Below are positions 50,819-64,000 of a stretch of DNA of 64,000 nucleotides, in pieces. Location of the stretch: NCBI GenBank assembly GCA_023213395.1, contig CM041465.1, positions 248,813,741 through 248,877,740 on the forward strand, given 5' to 3'. A model generated the notes under the pieces. It was not told the origin of the DNA and ran no database searches. It saw only the letters and a list, made by a program, of their open reading frames with translations. This stretch comes from Cycas panzhihuaensis. Its lineage: Eukaryota; Plantae; Cycadophyta. The first letter of the stretch is position 1. Every line of letters begins with the position of its first letter. Position numbers and translations under genes: made by a program.

Positions 50819-53764
50819 TGCATCTCTTCATTTAATATGTTTGATACTTATCTTAAACACTTTATGAATGATTCATAGTTCATTTATTGTTCTTAAAAGT
50901 TACATATTAATAAATGTTTCATATATCTACCTACTTAGTTACATAAGATATTATCATAATGTTAACATAGTATCACAACTTATTTAAAAATTTAACACAA
51001 TATCAAGGCTTTTACATCAGTCATGTCATAACTTTTAACATGGTATTAGAGAACAGGTGAGGAGACGTCACATCAAAATGACACAACGAAAGTAGAAAGC
51101 TAAGATAAGTAAGAAGAAAACCACATGAATAGTTATAGTCTATGTCGTTTAAGAATGATCCATGTATGCATTATACATGGATTTGAGGAGCTAGTGATAG
51201 GTCAGTAAGAGTTGGTATCTAAGTCAAAAACTAAGCTATATTGATGGCATGTACTTGAGATTATTAGGGAAAGATGAAAAAGAAGTGATAAAGATTTAGA
51301 ACCATTAGTGAGAATGTTTACATTGATAGAATAGTTGAATGTATATTGATACATATAATTAAAGGTCCCATGGATGTAATGAAGAATTCAATGCCTCTAT
51401 TCCATGAAACAAACAACACATCATTGTTGGATGTAAGAAGAGATATGCAGGCATGATAGAACATGGCATAGTGAACAACATGAAAGGTAATTAATTAGTT
51501 GTTTGGAGGCATCGAGGTTTATGAAGATCCCACAATTTAGTTGAGCACTTCTAGATAGATAATGAGGCGATTTAAAATATCAAGAAAGCAACCAAAGATA
51601 AAATATTGGCCCATGAGAAGAAAGGCACTAACCAAGATGCCATCTGTCAGACAGACGATGGTAACAAATAACCATGGAGACGCATTATCCATAGTTCAAG
51701 AGTTCTTCAAGCTTTCCATTATCTTAAGAATAGAATAGATTGAGTCACTCATGAATTATTTATCCCTTAAAATTACATCTGCAAGCTCGATGAAATCTTG
51801 GTGTTGACATCTACCTCGGGCTAATTGTAGTTGCGAATCACAAGAACCACAGAATCTCAAATTTCAAGTTTGAGAATGAAGACAAATTATAACAAAGTGG
51901 AGAACAATAAAGGCATGAAAAGATATCTCATTTAGATCATAGATTGGCTATGGTGCACCCAATGGATCATTTATTTGGTGATCCAAATGCAAATATAGTA
52001 CCCAAACATCCTTAGAATCAATTGTAGACATGAATAATTTGTCTATGAAATTGCATTTGAAGTAAAGAAATCCTAAACATGAAAATGCACAAAAATGACA
52101 CAATGAATTCTTGATCATATTTATTTTTTATAATGTTGTGAATAAATTTAACCAGATTAAGTAATTTATTTAGATTTGTTAGATCCTACAAAGAGATGAG
52201 TGGATGGTCACATGGAGCTGTAACACGATCACAAGTTAAATACAGCAGGTGTTATGTTTATTTTTACCTTGATTTTATTTTTTAAGTGATATACTAATAA
52301 TGTTTTGAATATAAATTTTTAGTCTGAAAACATATTTCCAGCTTGTCAATTGTGTTGAAAAGAAGACTCAAACACAACTAAAACAGGTGGTCACAAGGAA
52401 TAATTTTAATACCATATCATGAAGATTTTAATCGATAGATATTGATAAGTAGTTTATTGCATGGTAAAAGATACATTTTCTAAGTAATTTAAGACATTTT
52501 TTATGATTTTAAAGACTCGTAAATATATTTGATAGAATTGGATACTTGATGATGAGTTTGGATAAATGTTTTACTGAATATTAATAAAAAGAGACATGTT
52601 AAGGCTCGATTATTACATATTACAGCTCAAAATCAAGATGTGAAGTAAATGAGAACTTATTCGATGATGAACATGAGACAAATACACGTTGGACTTTATA
52701 ACAAAATCCCCCTAATGCATTTAATACATTTGATGTAATGACTGCAACATTGATAAAATAACATTAGAGATAAAGTTGATCAAATATCATCTAGTTTGGT
52801 ATATCATTTAGTTCTATAAGGTACATAATGACCACCTAATTATTTGAATAAAATTTTTGATTGAATAATGAATGAATGATAGATATATTTGATACCACTT
52901 AATAATTAAAAGAATGTTGCTTAATTGAGTTATTGTTAGTTGAGAGTATGAATTCATTGAGTTACCCACCTGATATGAGATGAGAAAAGGTCTCATAAAT
53001 TTGATTGTTGATCAATTTGTAATAACGATTATAGGTTATCCATAAAACCAAAATCAACTGTTGAGGAGTCTAGTTGATATATGTTTCAGTTAGAAATCTA
53101 ATAGTTTTATATGGTAAGAGGCATGGAATATATTTTACATATTATCTTGTTACAAAAAATTTGGCAAGCAAGGTGATACACCATGTCCAAGGAATTAGTT
53201 AATTTGATAATTGATTGATTGATAAGATTAGTTACTAAAGAAAGTTGCAAGGGTTACCTTGTGTAGAATTTCTAATGGTGGAGCATAAAAGCTTTCCCAT
53301 ATCTTGTAGGACAAGAGGTAACAAAAAAATCATAAACTACTTTTGTTACAACATCTTTGTCTAATCACAATATGTTGTTCTCTGTTTGTGAAGTTGATAA
53401 ATCACATATGATAAATATTTCATATATAACTAGTAATTGTAGGACTTGGTTACCAATATAATTTCATAGATGGTTATTGTTTTATATGGACATTAGTGGA
53501 TTTGGTTTATTTATAAGTTGATGATTTTGTGTTGCAGTTTATATAACTAGAGGATATAAAGTTGTAAGTAATGTTTAATCATCAATTTATAGGTGGTGTT
53601 ATAAGTTAAGATATTGATGATATAACTAAATCTGCTTACTAAAGAACAAGCAATGAAGATAGGTTTGATGGTTTATATATTCATACATGATATAAAGACA
53701 TGATAAGTAGATGAAAATATTTAAGATTTCCATAAATAAAACATTTAAGGCGAGTGGGAAGGGG

Positions 53765-54294
53765 TGTGCTATAATATGAATTTCATGAAAGTTGATGTAA
53801 TGTTTAATTAGTAGTTAAGTTGTCATTGCTCAATGTAAAAAAGTTCTTACACATATTCTTATCAACTAATATAACAATGAAATATCATTAGATGATGATG
53901 AGATGACATGAGTATATAAGGGCAATGTACACTAGAAGGCATATTAGATCACCTCATACTTCTTATGAGCCTAAATAACTCATCATAAGGATTATTGATT
54001 ATCTTTCACGTATAAATTTGGTGTCTCATAATGAGACCTTTCTATTGTATGTGATTACACTATGTTGATGTTTACATATCTTCATTGAATGTGTTTGATG
54101 CTTACCTTGAACACTTCGTGAATGATTCATATTTTATTTATTATTTTTAAAAGTTACATATTAATGAATGCTTCACATATCTTCCTACTTGGTTACATAA
54201 GGTATTATCATAATGTTAATATTGTATAACAACATATTCAAGAATCTGACATCATATAAAAGTTTTTATAGAAGTCATTTCATAAATTTTAACA
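53765..54294 (+). repeat. 3' LTR of element G
   Basis: tgtgcta...ttttaaca; lacks a ~50-bp segment present in the 5' LTR (~43830-43882). Confidence 0.85.
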
Positions 54295-56369
54295 CTTTTT
54301 AAGGTCTTTAGAGTTTTCATCTTATTTGTTGCCATAAAGAGTTCTTTTAGGCATATTATATCAACTCTTTTTATTGCTACTTCATTTGATGTGGTTGCTT
54401 CTTTCAAATATTAGAGGCCTTCCCTTATTTCTATTAAATGTCCTAAGTCATATCAATTTAGTCTTTAGTGGGGCAGAGCATATATATTATTGGAAAACTA
54501 TTTTACGAATTGGTCTAAAATGCTAACATTTACTATGTTGATTTTTATTGATTCCAAAAGATCGATTATTTTGGGTTCTTATGTTAGTCTTATTACTACT
54601 TCTTTCTTAATCTTTTTCACTCTATTGGTTGTGACTTCCTACTAATTATTGACCTAAATAATTAGATTCCTAGCAATCACTAGAACTACTATGATATAGT
54701 TCTACATATTTTGCTTACATTATTCAAGTGGCTGGGATAAAAAGCTTTCTATGAATTGTGAATAAGTTACACACTTTTTAATAACAACCTTATATTAATT
54801 GCATGCCTAATAGTGCCTGCTTCCTCATAATTTATTATAGACCAAATACACCTTGCCAAAATCATAAAAGAAGTCACATTTTATAATCTTGTCATTTAGC
54901 ATTTTGACCCATTCTTCTAGGTCTATACGGTTATTAAAGGTGTACGGCATGATCTCCTTCAAACTCATATTTTCATCTAACACTATATCCTCCCAATATA
55001 CAAATGTATTTGAATTTATATATGTGGACTTTTAAGCACAAAATGATTATGATTCTCTTGTAACCAATTTCTAGACCCTATCATAATTCAAATTGTAGAA
55101 GATAAATTGGTCATACTTGGTAGAGATAAGCAGCGATAGGTGTGACAATGTTCCAAAGAGAAACTTGCTCATGAAATCATAATGCACCATAAAAAGTAAC
55201 TAATAAGCACTAGTAAGAATGATTGTTAGTGCAGGAAAATACTAAACAGTGCCTACCAAGAGAGTGGTGGAATTTCAAGGACAATACAAGAAGTTAGATG
55301 AATTGGTGATGGTGGTGATAAACACTTAAGGCTATAAATCTTGTGCATTCTACTTTCCTATCCTATCTTTTGTAAATCATTACTCTATAAAGGGCTTGTT
55401 GACATTAAAATTAAACTACTAGATAACGAATTAAATTTTTCACTAAAAAATAACAAAGAGGACTCTAATAAACCATGGAGACTTCTATATTATGATATAA
55501 GGAATGAATTCAAATTAATAACTAGGAACCTTGATGAATAATCATTGGCAATAAAAATAGAAGGTTAATTTAATAAATAATAGTAGAAAAATGAATTAAA
55601 ATAAGAATAACTTAATGATAAATGTTTCAAAAAATGTGAATTAAAATGATTTTAAAAAATAGATGAAGGTTAATCTAGAGTATTCTATTTTATAAGCAGA
55701 TGTAAAGTTATCCAATAACAACTAATAAAATAATCAAAATTTTAAAACAAAATATATACAACAATAACTTCTTCACTTTATTGGGTATTTTGATTTTAAA
55801 AATTCTAAATGAGAAGACACCAAAGAAAACTAGATCAATAAATATAAAAATCCAAAAAGGACAAACCTAATGGCTAGAGACATGAAAAATCAATATTGAA
55901 CTACAAAAATAAATTATTGAATGTGTGAAGTATGCTATAGATAGGAACCACTCAAACTACAAGCTAAGGGGTTTAAAATGTGAGATTGTTATATGGTATT
56001 CTACTTATTTTTAAAAGATGGAATATATTCACTTTAATTATTTACCAAAGTTTAGGAAAGGAATGATGTAGAGGATGAAAAATAAATGTCATATGCATAG
56101 GTTGAGTGATTACCCAAGAAACATCTCTAACCTTACCTATCTTTCAAAGTAGTTCATAATGGCTTTTTTATTATTTACCTCAACGCTTGTTATGAGGTTC
56201 ATTGACCAACTATTTCAACATCTGTTAACTTCGAAATTTCTCTTCTATTTACCATGTGGCAACCAACACTATATATTGCTCTTGTTTGCTTGTGTCAAAT
56301 GCTAATCCATGTTATCTCCTAGCCTACTATGTATGCACTTCGCAAATAACAATGTAGTCTTATCAATTT

Positions 56370-59336
56370 TGCTAGTACTAATATTTAATTACTTATTGTA
56401 ATGTTGGTTTAAGTCATGTTAAGTCCCTCCACTATCTCATTATTTCTTAATATTAAATTATAGAAACCTTGAAGATATATGCATGTTCTCACCTATTCAT
56501 ATATCATCATATTAGATAAGCTATAAGTTCTCCTATTTTGTTGGACATGTAAGAGGTGTATATATCAATAAGTATGTACTTCTTTATAATGCAATATTAG
56601 AGATGATCATTCCCCAATAGTTTATTATCTTGTGTCTTGGTGCATATTTCATCTTATTTATATTTCAATGTAATATTTTAAATTGCCTCATTATTGAAAA
56701 TTCCTCATGCTAAATCACATTGAATCATTGTATCGAATTACTGCTGCTTCTTTGTTTATGGTATTAGAATCAAAATTTAATATCAACAAGTGGTACAGGA
56801 GCTATGTGTGGTAATTCTAAAGAGCATGTATATGCATTAATGAAGTTGTATATTATCGAAGACTATGATAGCATATTGAAGAGATCATGTAGAGCCAAAT
56901 ATTTAGCTATAGAACTAGTTTATGCATGCTTCATCAATGAATGATTATGAATAAACTAGGTTGAGTTAGGAACCATTTCTCGCGATGAGAATTATCTTGA
57001 ATCCATTGGACTTATGTTATATGCATATGGTGCCAAAATAATCAACATGGAGGAGCTTTGAAGCCAACTCCAAATTTAATTACTCAGGAAGATTATTAGT
57101 CCATTTTTTTAGAGGTCATTACAAACATCCTAATTAGAGTTAATTGCCGGTTTAAGCTATATTTAAAACCCTAAATCACAGTTGAGAATAAGTGCCCTTA
57201 TGCAAAGCTAGTGTAGGGCATAAAGGAAAAAGGAAATGATATAACTTGTTGCTAGCAAGAAAATGTTGCAAAATTAAAGCAAATCTAGTTAGGAGTCCTT
57301 GAGCTCTTATTTCCTATTTTTTAGGGCAAAGTAATATCAATTATTAGGCTTTATTTTTTTTTTCATAGCTAATTAAGATGGTGGTGGAACATGTAATAAA
57401 AACAACAAAAATGGACGTTGCAATAATAGTAAATTATTATAGGTTTCATGTAAGTACATGGTAATTGGAGCTTAAATAATGCCACCAAACATTGAGGGAC
57501 CTACTCAATAGATCTAGAGAGTACCCATAGGAAGTTATTTTAGAATTTGATATGAAGAGAGTCCCCCACCATTAATGTTAAATGCCCAAAACATCAAGCA
57601 ATGAATTCCAAAACAACTATGGCTTTGGTGCTTTTTTTATTGCAAGGTTTTTATAATTAAACATTATGTAGTTAGTAATCATCCTTTTGTAACCTTTAGA
57701 TGATTGATACACATTCTCCACAAGTGGAACAATCAAATCCAACATCAAAGCCTTTAAAACAATGTAAAATAATAGTGGTAATCACATATACATGTTTATT
57801 GTTTATTAAGCATTTTTTTCCCCTTAGAGTTAAAATGAATTAAATTTGTTTGGATAAAATCTCTAAGTCCACCCCCTTGTCGTAGTAGATATCACACAGA
57901 GAAAATAAACAACCTAAGTCCTAAATGAAAAGGGTCTAAACGAAATTTTTACCCAATGCTTAATATTCTCATAGTAATAGTCACTAACTTATCCATAAAG
58001 TTTGCATGTAATAATGAAATTTTAATCCATTATTTGCATTGAAGAGTACGTTTCGATGACTTTGAAATGGTTCGTCACATAAGCCCATTTGGTGAAGATG
58101 CAATACAAATTTTAACATTTAAAGTGGATAAAATAGAGAATTACTCTTTATGGTTTCAATGTTTTGGATTTTCAAGCATGTTAAATAATTTCAATGCACC
58201 CAAATTAAGGGATAGCATGAAAAAGGCTCTATTTTAGGCTTATTAGAACCTATTTTATAAGAAGAAGCTACTAAAAATTTTTAAAGAGAGAGAGAATTTA
58301 ATATAAATAGAAAAAATAATATTTGATTAAAATCATATCTTGTAATGTGTCAAAAAAAAGAGAGTTTGAGTAAGTCAAGTTTCATTTTATTATTAGAGCT
58401 ATGTAAGCCCAACAGGGAAAACTAAATAAATAAAATCATGATGATTTGTTTCAAACCAAAAAACCAATCATGTTATGTTTACAGCTAAAATGCCAACATT
58501 GAACTCATATTCCACCCAAGATTTATTAAAGAAACTATTATCTTACTACTAATATACAAGGGGTGGAATGTTTATGCTACTCTCGTATTCTTAGCTCATT
58601 CATATGACTAAGTAGTGTGAAATGCTCCTAGAATGTGTTAATAATTGTTAACTAAGCCATATACTTGAAGTCCTTCATAGCAAACTAGTAGCTAGAGTAG
58701 TTGATTATCCATGTAGATTGATTGATGGTGATCCTTCTATATATGCATCAATAGATTTATTCAAGATGGAAGAGTTAACTAGCAACTTGTTAAAGATGGA
58801 GTTGACTTGGTGATGTTCCTCCACATGTAGATTTTCAACATTCAAGAGATAAAGAAAGAAAACTTATGATGTGACATTTATTGTTTCATGTAATTAAACA
58901 ACATAGAGGAAAATGTTCATAAGAATAGTTAACTACTGACTGTAAAGTTATGTTTAGTTATATTACATCCTCCCACTCTCTTGTTATATCTTAATACTAA
59001 ATTGTGAGCACCTTGAAGATTCTTGTATATGCTCATTAATTCATATATATCATCCTATTAAATGAGTTGTAGGTTCTTTTATTCTATTAAACTCCTAAAT
59101 GGTTTATGTATCTAGAAATATGATTTTTTTTCATAATGCAATATTGGATATGATCATTGCTTATCAGTTTATTGTCCTATATCTTAGTGCATATCTTATC
59201 TTATTTGCATTTCAATGTAATATCTTATGTCACTTCATCGTTGAGAAATCCTCATGTTAACATCATGTTCAATTATTGTGTTGAATTGTTATTTTTGATT
59301 TGTTTATGGTATCAAAAATAAACTTTAATACCAACA
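56370..59336 (+). mobile_element. Element J: old ~3-kb non-autonomous LTR element
   Basis: Diverged direct repeats 56370-56788 and 58914-59336 (TG...CA). Degenerate PBS tggtacaggagc at 56791-56802, purine tract agaggaaaa at 58905-58913. No intact domains, no clear TSD. Confidence 0.78.
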
Positions 59337-60366
59337 CTTTTCTAATACCGCTCCATGGAAATTGTGAGTATGCACACAATTGCGTAAGTTTTAAAGGAGA
59401 TAAAACAACTTATATTTAACTAATGTTGAGAAAAGCACCATAGACATCTACTTTCTATTAAATATTTGATGAGGTGGTGATCTCTTCAACAACACAAGCA
59501 TGCAAGTAAAATAATCTATCTCAAAAAAATAGAACCAAGCTCTTTATACAACAATGTTTCTTTTGCAAATTTGAGGTTTTATATTCTAAAAACTCCAAAA
59601 TTGCCAAATTAAAGATTTTTCTAATAAATAAATATGTAAAATTGTGTCATTTGGCTAGGCAAAAATTCTAGTAAATATCCCCTAAAATTAGGAAACTAAC
59701 TTGAAGCAAAAAAACACCCAAATTTCAAATTTTCTATTTATAGTACATTTTTTGAAGTACTCAAAATCATATAACAATTAACCCATGGGTACTTATGCAT
59801 GTCATGGGCCCTACGGGAACACTAATAAAGTAAAACTAATCTCCTCACTAAGAAATTTAGTACTCAACATTTTTTTAAAGTGACAAATAATCATAAATTT
59901 TAATTTTGGATAACCAGATGATCTTGGATGGTTTCGGGGACTAAATAAAGTGAAGTCATAACTCATAGATCTACATCCCCTAAAAAATTAGACTGAGACG
60001 GATACCGAAGTCAAAAGTTATGGTCTCAACAACGTAACCCTCCAAACATGGGATTTGTAGATGCTCTTACATCATCCTCCCATGTTTAAAAAGAACATAA
60101 CACCTATGAGTTATTATTCTAAATCTCCTTCCACTTGTTTATGTTAAGTTTCTTTAATTCACTTTTAGAAACTAAAGTATTATCCTCCTGTTGTATCCCT
60201 TTCCACTGAACTAAATGCCTATCATATTTGTCTTGCCTTATGTGAAGTGTCTCCATGTCCATTACCTACTCAATTTCGTCCCTCTTCTCCATAAGTATTT
60301 ATTGTTCCCAATACACCTATTCTACTTTATCTTTTACCTCATCTTCTCCTTCATGAAAAGAATATA

Positions 60367-62716
60367 GGTTAGAAACATTAAAAATAGATCAAATGTCAAG
60401 GTTATGGGAAGATTTGTACAATTGTTAATTTCAACATAACAAGAATGAAGAAACTAAAATAAAATGATTACTATTAATTAACGTGAAATTAATTTTATAC
60501 CAATGATACATCTCAAACATAGTCATCTCTTATTTAATTTTTACAATACGTTGTGTGTGCATAAGTCTCAAACAAAATCTAAATCATACCTAGTTACCTT
60601 GTGATATGAGAATTGTAATCCCCAATGACACATCACTCGCATAACAATAAAATAATCTAAAATCTAATATGATATAACACTTTAAAGGGAAGGCTCTAAT
60701 CAAAGTCATAATCCATAAATAAACATTAATGTCAACATTCTCCCTTAATATTTTATTCATTCTTTTTACATGTAAACTATCCCCGAAAGTCTAAAACTTG
60801 TCACGTGTTAGTGGTTTGGTGAAGATGTTAGCTAGTTGTTCTACAATTTACTTGTATGTTATATTAAACACACATTTTTTAATCAAATTTCAAATAAAGT
60901 GATGTTACACCTCAATGTGTTTGGTTCAAGTGTAGAACACATGATTTTTTATAATCTTCAAAGTACATTGATTATCATAGTACAAGATAGTTTGTTCTAA
61001 TTATGGTAGTCCCATGTCCTCCAGAATCTGTCGTAACCAAATAACTTCAATAGTTGTTGCAATTATAACCTTATACTCTAGTTTAATCAAAGATAAAGCA
61101 ATATTTAGTTGCTCTTTATTACTCCATGTAATGGTCGTTGATCCCAACCTAAAACAACATTTAAAAGTTGATCTTTTACTTTCTACACATCCAACCCAAT
61201 CAGAATTTGTATCCTTTCAACTTGAAATTATTATTATGATGGAATTTAAATCTATATTAAATTGTACTTTTCAAGTATTTGAGGATTATTTTTATAGCTT
61301 TCTACTGACTCTATTTTTGTGCTAATATAAATCTAAATATTACTCAAACTTCAAAGGATATCCCAAGTCTAGTAGTAATCAGGTGTATTAGACTTCCCAC
61401 AGGTTACCTATATAACATTATATCAACATTTGCTTTACCATTCTCTATTGTTAAGCAAAAGCTTGTCTCCCTTGGGGTAGGCACAAATTCATAATTATCC
61501 ATTCTAAAATTCTTTAGAATTTTCCAAGTGTATTTTACCTGGAAGATAAAGATATATTTAAGCCTTTGTTATACTTCCATACCAAGGAAGTAGTGTAAAA
61601 TTCTTAAACATGATATCTCAAACAAATGACTAAGATCTTCTTTGAACTTTGATATCATATCAATATCATTACTTGTGATTAGTAAATTGTTAACATACAA
61701 CATAACAAAAATGATATTATCATTTTCTTCTTTGATATATAGATTTCAATCAACTAGAGATCTCTTAAATCCATTCTTCAGAAAATACTAATACCTGACT
61801 ATAGGAGTTTATCTAAGACTGTATAAGGTATTTCTGAGTTAGCATACTAAGTGCACTTGACATTTTCCAACAAAGTTAGGTGGTTGCTACACATAAATAT
61901 CTTTGTTTAAATCCACATTCAAAAATGCGCTCTCTACATCCATTTGGTGTAGTTGCCAATTGAATTATGTAACTATCACCGTAATGAGACAAATGGTATT
62001 CATCTTTGAAATAAGAGCAAATGTTTCTTGGTAGTTGATCTATTCTTGCTACTTGAAACCTTTCACTATAAGTCAAGCATTGAATTTCTCTATAGATTTA
62101 TCCAACTTAAACTTTTCCATGTGGATCCATTTACTTCCAATTGCATGCTTGCTAACAAGCAATTCGACTAAATTCCATGTGTGGTTCTTCCCAAACACTT
62201 AGATTCCAGTCTCCATAGCATCAATCCACCTCTAATTGTTAACTACTTCTTCAATTGTAAATGGTTCATTTACATCTAATACATGTTCCATAAGAGTTAT
62301 AATCACCTATATAGAAAGTCACATTTGTTACCTTTGCTTTCCCTCTTGATTAGGTAAGAGTTTCTCAGCATCATCTATAATATTCATATACCATTTTAGA
62401 ATCTTCTTCTTTTAAGATGAAGGTGATGAATCAAATAGTTTCTCTAGCTATGGATTTGGCTTCAATGTTAGGACTTTCTTTAGCATATGTTCATATTTTG
62501 CTTCTAGAAACTAGAAGGATTCTAATTCTACTTCTTTATCTATATCAGATGACTCATATTCAAGTTTAATAATATCATGTGAAAAATTATATTCGTGCAA
62601 CTCCTCTACCTGATCCTCAACCTTAACTAAACTAACATCTTGATTCTAAACCAATATCTTGATTCTCATCTTCCTAAAAAATGACATCAAAAGTTGTATG
62701 AACTTTTCAAGTTAAC
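60367..62716 (-). mobile_element. Element K: 3' part of a Ty1/copia (LTR ~60367-60737, RH, RT, end of INT), interrupted by L
   Basis: PPT ttctccctt at 60738-60746; minus-strand EQLANIFTKPL, RTKHIE, HYFLGMEV, EPFTIEE motifs; left LTR boundary approximate. Confidence 0.85.
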
Positions 62717-64000
62717 TAAAAAGAGTGGATTTATCCTTCATCTCCATGCACTAAACACAAAGGCAAACATGGGAGCAAGAGAGACTTGAGAGAAAGAAAG
62801 TAGCTATCACAAAATGGGGAGGTAAGAATGAATCTCCTCCATTGAGCTTTTACTTTTATATTGAGAGAGGGAGCATTAGAGTTAGGTGAAATGAAATTAC
62901 GCATAATGCACATGAAAGTACATTTCACTTAAGTGATCTAATTTAAAGTTCACTTAAGATACTTTTTCGAAATAATCAACTAATGTAATAACCTTATGTT
63001 ATTAACCCTTTTCAATCTCCCCATTAATGGTAGAAGGTCATTTCATCCTATTTTATTATATCCTATGAGGTCTTCATTTGAGCCTCTTACAAAGCAAACT
63101 GCTATGACACTTTTGTGGGAAACCCTCATGGGGAAGAAAACCCACAAATTTTCTAATCTACTACCCTAGCTTAGGCGGCTCTTTAAATGTAGCCAGATAG
63201 CCAATTAGTACAATGAATTTTATAGCTAAAATCTATTGAGTCTCCATATACCATTTAGTCATCCCCCATGCCCTTTCGGGTTTTCATAGGTTTCAATTTT
63301 CTAAAATGATACAACCCTTATCCTTTCACGCCCACATGGGGTTTTCACGAATGGGATAGAGCAGAGACTTACTCTTGTCCTTCCGCTCCCACAAGGGATT
63401 TTCACGAATGAGACAGAGTATGATGGTCCTATTGTCATCTCCTTTAGTCAGTCAAAGATGGAGGCCCTAAGGCCGAGTTGCTTTCAGAATTGTTCAAACT
63501 TCACCCTCTTCAATGGTTTAGTGAAGATATCGGCCACTTGATCTGTTGTGGGGCAGTACTCCAGTTGAATTGTGCCATCATGAACTAGTTCTCTAATCTT
63601 GTGGACTTTTGTACTTATATGTTTGGTATGATCATGAAATACAAGATTTTTAGCCATCTAGATTGTAAATTGATTATCTACATGTAAGCTAGTAGAACTT
63701 GTTTGGGTGGCATTTAATGTATTCAACAATTTTATAAGACATATCACCTCCTTGCTTGTCTCGAGCGTGATGTACTCGAGTTCGGTTGAGTCTGCAACTA
63801 TCTTCTACCGTCTAGATCTCCATGATATTGGTGCTGTTCCAAGAAATGTTACGTGCTGCACGTAGATCTTCCTGTGTCTTTATCTCTGGCAAAGTCTGAG
63901 TCTATGTATGCATAAAGTTTAAATTTTGCATTGGGTTCATACAACAGACCATATTTTCTAGTCGTCTTTAGGTACCTTAACACTCGTATTGCAGCTTGCC
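62717..64000 (-). mobile_element. Element L: 3' end of a copia of the same family as B, running off the window
   Basis: LTR ~62717-63014 resembles the B LTR; PPT atctcccc at 63015. 3' UTR and RNase H (63015-64000) are collinear with B 2074-3080. Confidence 0.92.

Larger units (their letters stand above)
39134..54294 (+). mobile_element. Element G: decayed copia-like element whose 5' LTR is split by F and H
   Basis: 5' LTR pieces 39134-39345, 43799-43954 and 50824-51040 join up and align to the 3' LTR 53765-54294. PBS tggtattagag at 51041, PPT gagtgggaagggg before 53765. The 2.7-kb internal region is barely recognisable. No convincing TSD. Confidence 0.85.

Noticed and set aside
54295-56369. 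Possible host-gene exon or ORF (55341-55541; GC-richer patch 55130-55330)
   Set aside because: No recognisable domain or splice structure, and stops in the frames I tried; left unannotated.
59337-60366. Possible DNA-transposon or leader-like segment
   Set aside because: No terminal inverted repeats, TSD or partner sequence could be identified.

Overview
A 64-kb AT-rich, CpG-depleted eukaryotic intergenic block made almost entirely of nested, old, decayed LTR retrotransposons. By inference it comes from a large plant genome, and the slow decay of intact-LTR elements looks gymnosperm-like. I found no host gene, rRNA, tRNA or CRISPR array. About 13 elements can be reconstructed (my labels A-M). 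Copia A (26-11816) holds copia B (1764-9360). Copia C (12038-28702) holds Athila-like gypsy D (14290-23769). A and C appear to sit in the 5' leader of copia E (ends ~34930). I and M are decayed fragments. The 5' LTR of decayed copia G (39134-54294) is split by chromovirus F (39346-43793) and copia H (43955-50818). J (56370-59336) is a small non-coding LTR element. Copia K (from ~60367) is interrupted by L (62717 to window end), which is the same family as B. All pol genes are pseudogenes. Four things stand out: (1) a GC-rich TRIM-like cassette (PBS, B-box, PPT, mini-LTR, second PBS) that sits in place of most of gag in F; (2) stacked 'LTR-end + tRNA-iMet PBS' modules inside U5 of several unrelated elements; (3) a second Gag-like domain between protease and RT in D; (4) a palindromic minisatellite with variable copy number in D's LTRs. 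Coordinates and mismatch counts were read by eye and may be off by a few bases.
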